A stretch of DNA of 38,546 nucleotides from an uncultured Gammaproteobacteria bacterium (GTDB lineage Bacteria > Pseudomonadota > Gammaproteobacteria > JADZEE01). The stretch is from NCBI GenBank assembly GCA_964493555.1, contig CAZBOQ010000045.1, forward strand, positions 1 through 38,546. The letters are read 5' to 3'. Each line of letters begins with the position of its first letter. The stretch's first letter is position 1. This document shows, piece by piece, positions 33,226 to 38,546 of this stretch. The notes under the pieces were generated by a model. The model was not told the DNA's origin, did not search any database, and saw nothing but the letters and a program-made list of their open reading frames with translations. A program made the translations under genes and the position numbers.

Positions 33226-35952
33226 TTAGGCGCTTTTGCGAATACCGACTCGTATGATGTCCGAGCCTGATCCGGTCGCGTCGGTCAGCGTTAACGATAG
33301 CGGGGTCAGTGAATTCAGGCTTGGCATGTTTAGATCTTTAGCGACTGGTGTGGCCCAGTGATCGAATTGACCAATCATCAATACCGTAGCAGGGCGAATC
33401 CCTTCACGCAGTACCGCCTCACCATGAGTGGTGCCAATCGGCGATTCGAGTTCGTCGGCGTCTCCGTCGGCGATCCCGAGTGCGCGTGCTCGGGATCGAT
33501 TCATTATGACACCACGGTGTCCTGATATGTTGTTGGCAACTTCATTGATCAAAGGTATAAGGACATTTGCGCCCCACGAATATTGCATGCTACGCGCTGT
33601 CAATGCCCAGAATGGGAATTCCTCTGGGTCACGGCCCACTTCCGTTGCGTAATTTATCCATATCTCAGGGAATGGCTTGTACGGCGGCAACGGCTCGTAT
33701 TCCTCCAGCTGCTTTTCCCACCAGTTGATGCCCGTTTCGTGTAGGCGGTTAGCCAATTGTCGGCCATGGCGAAGAATGCGCTCCTGATATGGTAGTTCGA
33801 ACCGCATGCCACGTTCCTTGATGGTCGGGTAGAGATACCATTGCAACTGGGGGTAAGGCGCCAGCATAAAACCATGTTCTTTGAACCATTCGAGGTTGTG
33901 AACCTGCTCACCACCGCTGAGGGTATGGCTGGCTGCCTTGGCAACGGCATCCCAGACTTCGTTTAATTCAGGGGGCTGGTCCGTAGGTAGCGAATAGTCG
34001 AAGGTTTCACCAAACAGTCGTGCTCCGCCGGCGCCTTTGTTGATTGCCGTGACGTACTCGTCGAGTATGCCAACTCGCGAAGCGAGCTCCGTGGCAATGT
34101 CGGTCATATCTTTGCAATCGACCTGATGATCGACCGCCGGTTGGCGGATGGCCCAACCTTGATGGTTCCAGAATTGCTCAGTGAATTTGGTCGAGCCTAT
34201 CTGGATTAGTTGGAGACTTTCTAGATCGGTCGCTTCGGGCAGGAGTATATCGGCCATGTGATTAGTTTCATCGCGGGTGTAAGCGAAACCGACGGTAAAC
34301 GGGAATTCTGCAACACGTTTGGCTACCTCCGGTGCGTTCCAGGAGGAGATCGCCGGATTGGTGCGATAACAAAACCAGATATCAGGTTTGGTCTGTTGCG
34401 GCCAGCTATCAGGTTGTTGTTTTTGGAAAATCCAAGGAAGATGGGCCGGGCCCAGCGCCGCCGACCAAGGTGAATTCGCAGCCAAGGGAACCAATGTCTG
34501 ATAGGCATTGCGTATATGTGGTTTAGATTGCCAACCATGTTTGGAGGTTTCATTGAATGGATACTCCATGAAACCGTCGGCCATGGGTAGCGCCGAGCTA
34601 TGCCGGTTGTCCGCAGGGCGGTTCAGCTTTACTGCCGTTCCTAATGTTCCGCCGGGCACTTCCAGCGCACCGACCAATACCGCGAGCACGGTACGTGCCC
34701 AGCACGTTTCATACCCGCCCCATCCACTGTTCACAGTTTTACCGAGCATGACGGAAACGGGACGGTAGGGGAGGGTTACTCCTTCGATCACGATCGTCTC
34801 GCCGATGCAGGCATGTGCTAGGTACTCATCGGCGATTTGGCGAATACGTTCGGCTGAAACGTCGCAAACGGTCTCTGCCCACTCGGGTGTGTAATCTGCG
34901 ACGTGATCGATCAATAACTGGAACGAAGGACAGACACTGATATTTTCGTGTTGCCAGCGTTCGTCATCGGCGCCGATTTCGATCCCGGAGACGTCGAAAT
35001 TGCCAATTAGTGCAGGCTCACCGATCACGGCGTCGAAACACTTTGCCGCACCAGTATTGAGATCCCATATCAACGGTTTTTCGCTGACCGCATCCCGTAG
35101 GTAATAACCATGGGGGCCCACCAGATAAGGTGAATTGCTCGTTTCCTTTAGAAACGGGATATCGCAAACCTTACCCCAGTCGTTACCGTGGAGAATGTGG
35201 TTGATCAGTGCGTAGAGAAACGCAGCATCGGTCTTAGGTTTGATCGGTAACCATTCTGCCGATACCGCGCCGGTGACTGACAAATGAGGCTCGACCTGTA
35301 CTCGTTTAACGCCCCGATCGCGGGCGCGAGCTTCACGCCAGATCCCGACAACACCACCTGATGCCTCCACATTGTTGCCACAGTTAATGATGTAATTCAC
35401 ATAAGGCGTATCAGGAGAAATAATGAAAGCGCGGTGCCACAACTCACCGTACAGATGTTCCGAGTGATAGCACTTCACGCCTTGTCCCGCACCGAAACCC
35501 AGGTCGATCGGTCCCCACGCTTTGAGGAACGCAGGGAGTGTCCCCATGTATTGCGTTGGCGTACCGCCGCCGCCGAAAGTTGCAGCCACCCGCGGAAAAC
35601 CGGAATCGTCCAACAAACCGGACGCACGTATTGTTTTCAATTTTTCAGCGATAGTGCCAAGTGCTTCATCCCAAGATATCGGCACGAACCCAGGATCGTG
35701 TTCTCGACCCTTCTTTGGATTGGTGCGTTTCATGGGTTGTTTGATTCGGTGAGGGTTGTAGGTCTTCTGGATCAGACCATAAGCCTTTACGCAGACTCGC
35801 CCACCACCAGGATGGCGCTCAGATATGTCGTAATTCGATTCGATACGGGTCGCGATACCGTCTTCCACTTCGACCCGCATCAAGTCCGGCCCGGCAACGC
35901 ATTGGTAGCAGAACATCGGGATCTTCTTTTTGTCTTTTATCTTTACACCCAT
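33226..35952 (-). CDS. Molybdopterin (bis-MGD) oxidoreductase large subunit, cytoplasmic type; PadB / transhydroxylase-like
   Basis: 908 aa. N-terminus MGVKIKDKKKIPMFCYQCVAGPDL has no twin-arginine motif. Only three Cys lie in the first 60 residues (C15, C18, C54), so the C-x2-C-x3-C-xn-C FS0 motif is incomplete. Size and overall pattern fit the DMSO-reductase superfamily. AAGGA sits 9 nt upstream region of the ATG. The 9-nt gaps to both neighbours indicate an operon. Confidence 0.8.
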   Translation of the reverse strand: MGVKIKDKKKIPMFCYQCVAGPDLMRVEVEDGIATRIESNYDISERHPGGGRVCVKAYGLIQKTYNPHRIKQPMKRTNPKKGREHDPGFVPISWDEALGTIAEKLKTIRASGLLDDSGFPRVAATFGGGGTPTQYMGTLPAFLKAWGPIDLGFGAGQGVKCYHSEHLYGELWHRAFIISPDTPYVNYIINCGNNVEASGGVVGIWREARARDRGVKRVQVEPHLSVTGAVSAEWLPIKPKTDAAFLYALINHILHGNDWGKVCDIPFLKETSNSPYLVGPHGYYLRDAVSEKPLIWDLNTGAAKCFDAVIGEPALIGNFDVSGIEIGADDERWQHENISVCPSFQLLIDHVADYTPEWAETVCDVSAERIRQIADEYLAHACIGETIVIEGVTLPYRPVSVMLGKTVNSGWGGYETCWARTVLAVLVGALEVPGGTLGTAVKLNRPADNRHSSALPMADGFMEYPFNETSKHGWQSKPHIRNAYQTLVPLAANSPWSAALGPAHLPWIFQKQQPDSWPQQTKPDIWFCYRTNPAISSWNAPEVAKRVAEFPFTVGFAYTRDETNHMADILLPEATDLESLQLIQIGSTKFTEQFWNHQGWAIRQPAVDHQVDCKDMTDIATELASRVGILDEYVTAINKGAGGARLFGETFDYSLPTDQPPELNEVWDAVAKAASHTLSGGEQVHNLEWFKEHGFMLAPYPQLQWYLYPTIKERGMRFELPYQERILRHGRQLANRLHETGINWWEKQLEEYEPLPPYKPFPEIWINYATEVGRDPEEFPFWALTARSMQYSWGANVLIPLINEVANNISGHRGVIMNRSRARALGIADGDADELESPIGTTHGEAVLREGIRPATVLMIGQFDHWATPVAKDLNMPSLNSLTPLSLTLTDATGSGSDIIRVGIRKSA

Positions 35953-35961
35953 GTCGGATCC

Positions 35962-38070
35962 TTAGGAGTTTGGCCCATCACAGAGTCTTTTTGCATTCAG
36001 CCTGGCTTCGGTGTATTTCGCCAAGGCCCGCATCGCTCGCGCGCAGGAGCGAAAAGTGCAAACGCCGTGATCCATCAAGTTAGCCACCATGGGTTCATAG
36101 AGCGGGCCGCCTTCCACTATACCAATCACTGGCTTATCAAGCCCTGCCACAAGCTTCGGCAACTGTTGAACGACACTGGCATCATCATAAATGTTGAACC
36201 CGGGTTTTACGCTTTCCGCCAGTGTGCGTGTTGCCGGCCCAACCGGATCCAGCCCCACCACAATCGCATCGACCTTGGCGTCCGCCGCGAATGCTTCGAC
36301 ACACTGTACATGCACTTCGTCGTCTGCGCCCGGGTTGATGTCGAACGGGTTGCGTACTTCCATCAGAGCATCGAGTTTTTTTGCCGAAAGAATCTCACCC
36401 AGCCGCTCAATCGTGGACGCCTCCGGTGTCGCCATCTCTAATGAGAAATCAGGATTCAGGGTGTAATCAGCTATGCCCACTGTCTCGAACCCTGCGCCAC
36501 TTACTGCAGCAATGCGTGCGCCGCGGACCGCCTTGTAGTGCAAGACATCGGCAAGATAGAACAAGTCAGTAAACTCGTCGAAGTCCTGGGCGACGATCCC
36601 ACCGGCTCGCTTTACCACCGATCGGAAGAGGGAATAGTCGCCAGCGATGGAGGCTGTATGGCCCATCGTGGCTTCCTGGCCTGCAGCCGACTGCCCCGCC
36701 TTGTAAACGACCACCGTTTTACCGGCAATCACGGCCCTGCGGACCGCATGGGCGAACGCCTGCCCATCGAGTCGCTTAAACCCTTCGATGTAGACGGCGA
36801 TGATCTTAATGTCATCACGATCAGCAAAATAGCGCAGCAGATCGCCATGACTGAGATCATTTTGATTGCCAACCGCGATCATATAGGCCGGATCGATCCA
36901 CGGGTTCTTGCTCAAACGGGTAAGCATGAATGCACCGCTTTGACTGATGAATGCGGATTGGCGTTTTTCTTTCTTTTGTTCGCGCGGGAGCTTCTCTGTC
37001 GGAATGAACCACGTATCGTAACCGCCGACATGTGAAACTACGCCAAGACAATTACCGCCAAGGAACACGGGGCCGCCGTCGGTCAGCTTATGGGCGTCGT
37101 TTATCTTCGCCACCATGTGCGCCACGGGCTCTCGGCTAGCGGCCGTTTCGCCAAGACCGCCGGGTATTAACATTACCGCGTCGGCCGACTCGGTGGCGAT
37201 AATCTCATCGACCAAGCGGTAAACCGCGTCAGCGCTAACGGCGACTACGAGGAGATCCAACTTATGCTCTAAGGCACCTAAACTTTCCACACACTTTACG
37301 CCATCGATCTCTAATTCGCTTGGATGGATGACAATCACCTTAGATTTACCGTAACCGCTTTTCAGCACATTTTTTAGGATAATGCGCCCGAAGTTCATTT
37401 TGCTTGCAGACACACCGATGATGCCGATGGAGGAGGGATGCAGTAGCGAGTGGATCTTGGCGATCGGCCTAGCCATCGGTATCGGCTCAGTGCGGGCAAG
37501 AACACATTTCGGATTACACGCCGTTAATCCCGTTTGTGCGACGAATAAGGGAGCGAGTTGCAACACCTCGATACGTACCTTTCCATTCGTTTCATTGGCT
37601 TGGCTCGTTCCTGCCAACTCAAGAAGAGCTGCAAACAATGTTTTAAGTCCGGCGTCGCTCGAGGCTAACCCTTGGTTCTGCAGTTGCCGGTAGGTTGTGG
37701 TTTGGACGAATAACCCGTAGAACGTCTCGATGTCTATAAGGGCAGCCACCGCGGAAACCGCTCCCTGATCAGTTCCGAACCTATTTAATTGGTCGCCTGC
37801 GGCCCCGCTGCCGAGGCCAACGCTTAGGATTAGACCAAACTCTCGCGTATTGTAGAGCGTTACCGATAATTCCAGACCGCTCAATGGCTTCTTTGACGCC
37901 TCCGTTATCTCAACCATGCCATTCAGCAACGCGGCAATTTCTATGGGCTCGAGGCGATCGCGGGCGGCGGCCTCCGCCATGGCGAAAAGAGTTTCAGCCT
38001 GGGTGGTTTCCATGTGTGTGCGAAGTGTACGCGAACACTTTCGGAGCGGGTAGATTGACACGAGTAGCAT
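35962..38070 (-). CDS. NDP-forming acyl-CoA synthetase-like protein (CoA-binding plus succinyl-CoA-ligase-like domains) with an unassigned 200-aa N-terminal region
   Basis: 702 aa; an alternative ATG at 38013 would give 683 aa. ACD/SCS-alpha-type motifs: SIGIIGVSASKMNFGRIILKNVL (CoA-binding Rossmann), SAFISQSGAF, IAVYIEGF, KTVVVYKAGQS and the phosphohistidine-loop-like MGHTASIAG. I could not recognise a complete ATP-grasp domain. Confidence 0.7.
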   Translation of the reverse strand: MLLVSIYPLRKCSRTLRTHMETTQAETLFAMAEAAARDRLEPIEIAALLNGMVEITEASKKPLSGLELSVTLYNTREFGLILSVGLGSGAAGDQLNRFGTDQGAVSAVAALIDIETFYGLFVQTTTYRQLQNQGLASSDAGLKTLFAALLELAGTSQANETNGKVRIEVLQLAPLFVAQTGLTACNPKCVLARTEPIPMARPIAKIHSLLHPSSIGIIGVSASKMNFGRIILKNVLKSGYGKSKVIVIHPSELEIDGVKCVESLGALEHKLDLLVVAVSADAVYRLVDEIIATESADAVMLIPGGLGETAASREPVAHMVAKINDAHKLTDGGPVFLGGNCLGVVSHVGGYDTWFIPTEKLPREQKKEKRQSAFISQSGAFMLTRLSKNPWIDPAYMIAVGNQNDLSHGDLLRYFADRDDIKIIAVYIEGFKRLDGQAFAHAVRRAVIAGKTVVVYKAGQSAAGQEATMGHTASIAGDYSLFRSVVKRAGGIVAQDFDEFTDLFYLADVLHYKAVRGARIAAVSGAGFETVGIADYTLNPDFSLEMATPEASTIERLGEILSAKKLDALMEVRNPFDINPGADDEVHVQCVEAFAADAKVDAIVVGLDPVGPATRTLAESVKPGFNIYDDASVVQQLPKLVAGLDKPVIGIVEGGPLYEPMVANLMDHGVCTFRSCARAMRALAKYTEARLNAKRLCDGPNS

Positions 38071-38247
38071 TTAGCTCTCGACAAGCCATACCATTGTCCT
38101 CTCGGGATCTCGCGTGTCTGAAATGCAGCTCACGGGATGAGGACACCGTGACAGCATTCTCACCGAGGATTCGCTAATGAGTCGCGCTGGCTCCGTGTAA
38201 CGGTCCGCGATAAAGTAGTGTGTGGAACAAGTTTAGGTGGTCCGAGT

Positions 38248-38546
38248 ATGCAGCTATACACCAGCAAAAATGGTACAAACCCGATGCGGGTTCGACTTTA
38301 CCTGGCAGAAAAGGACCTTGACCTGCCGGAGATTGATCTCGATCTCCTGGCAGGGGATCAAACTCGGCCTGACTATTTGCTGCTCAATTCACTCGGTACG
38401 GTACCATCGCTGGAACTGGATGACGGTGTTGTAATTACGGAAAGCATCGCCATATGTCGTTACCTTGAAGAACTCCATTCGACGCCACCGCTATTCGGCG
38501 CCCACCACTTGGAGCGGGCTAGAGTTGAGATGGGGACCAGGAGGGT
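38248..38546 (+). CDS. Glutathione S-transferase, N-terminal part; the gene runs off the right edge
   Basis: Absent from the track because there is no stop in the window. Hand translation from ATG 38248: MQLYTSKNGTNPMRVRLYLAEKDLDLPEIDLDLLAGDQTRPDYLLLNSLGTVPSLELDDGVVITESIAICRYLEELHSTPPLFG... This is a typical GST N-terminal thioredoxin-like domain, including the GTVP.LE..DG..I.ES.AI.RYL pattern. Confidence 0.75.
   Translation, partial: MQLYTSKNGTNPMRVRLYLAEKDLDLPEIDLDLLAGDQTRPDYLLLNSLGTVPSLELDDGVVITESIAICRYLEELHSTPPLFGAHHLERARVEMGTRR

Noticed and set aside
35434-36441. 335-aa ORF on the + strand spanning the boundary between the Mo-subunit gene and the CoA-ligase-like gene
   Set aside because: It is antisense to two strongly supported genes and crosses their intergenic spacer. 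Its translation is Arg/His/Cys-rich with no recognisable motif. It looks like a typical shadow ORF.
38248-38546. The GST as the missing maleylpyruvate isomerase of the gentisate operon
   Set aside because: It is 33 kb away. Its N-terminus lacks the zeta-class SSCxWRVRIAL-type motif I would expect for GSH-dependent maleylpyruvate isomerases.
1-38546. Search by eye for CRISPR repeats, IS elements or transposases, integrases, tRNA/rRNA genes, toxin-antitoxin pairs or known defence-system ATPase/nuclease pairs
   Set aside because: None found. The only AAA+ ATPase is the MoxR of a classical bat-type operon with membrane VWA partners, which does not look like a conflict system.

Overview
The window looks like ordinary chromosomal DNA from a Gram-negative bacterium. 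The gene content suggests a gammaproteobacterium (TonB2/Ttp-type cluster, bat operon, rlmKL), but that is inference. It is densely coding, with about 36 protein genes. By eye I found no rRNA, tRNA, CRISPR array, transposase or integrase.

Left to right:
1. A minus-strand aromatic ring-cleavage operon: ACAD-fold flavin monooxygenase, gentisate 1,2-dioxygenase, FAH-family hydrolase, D-2-hydroxyacid dehydrogenase, IclR regulator, and a Na+/solute symporter that runs off the left edge.
2. A divergently transcribed TTQ amine dehydrogenase cluster in the minimal order mauB-E-D-A plus a monohaem cytochrome c. No mauG or amicyanin gene is present.
3. A long nitrilase-superfamily amidase.
4. A six-gene TonB2-type energy-transduction cluster: DUF3450, long MotA/ExbB protein, exbB, exbD, tonB, TPR protein.
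5. A cupin gene and a second ACAD-fold oxygenase.
6. A seven-gene MoxR/DUF58/DUF4381/VWA/VWA-TPR/BatD (bat-type) operon.
7. A VOC-family protein and rlmKL.
8. A LolA-like periplasmic protein next to an unusual protein with three LysM domains and a putative outer-membrane barrel. The LysM part is built on a 186-bp tandem repeat.
9. A tight three-gene operon: an NDP-forming acyl-CoA-synthetase-like protein, a Tat-less molybdopterin oxidoreductase with a degenerate FS0 motif, and a single polypeptide fusing a four-cluster ferredoxin to an 8-TM membrane anchor.
10. The 5' end of a glutathione S-transferase gene.

The best candidate for something undescribed is the Mo-enzyme operon (31564-38070). 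It resembles phenylacetyl-CoA:acceptor oxidoreductase (PadBCD) and transhydroxylase-type enzymes but has a different subunit architecture. All functional calls rest on motifs I can read in the translations. No database search was run.
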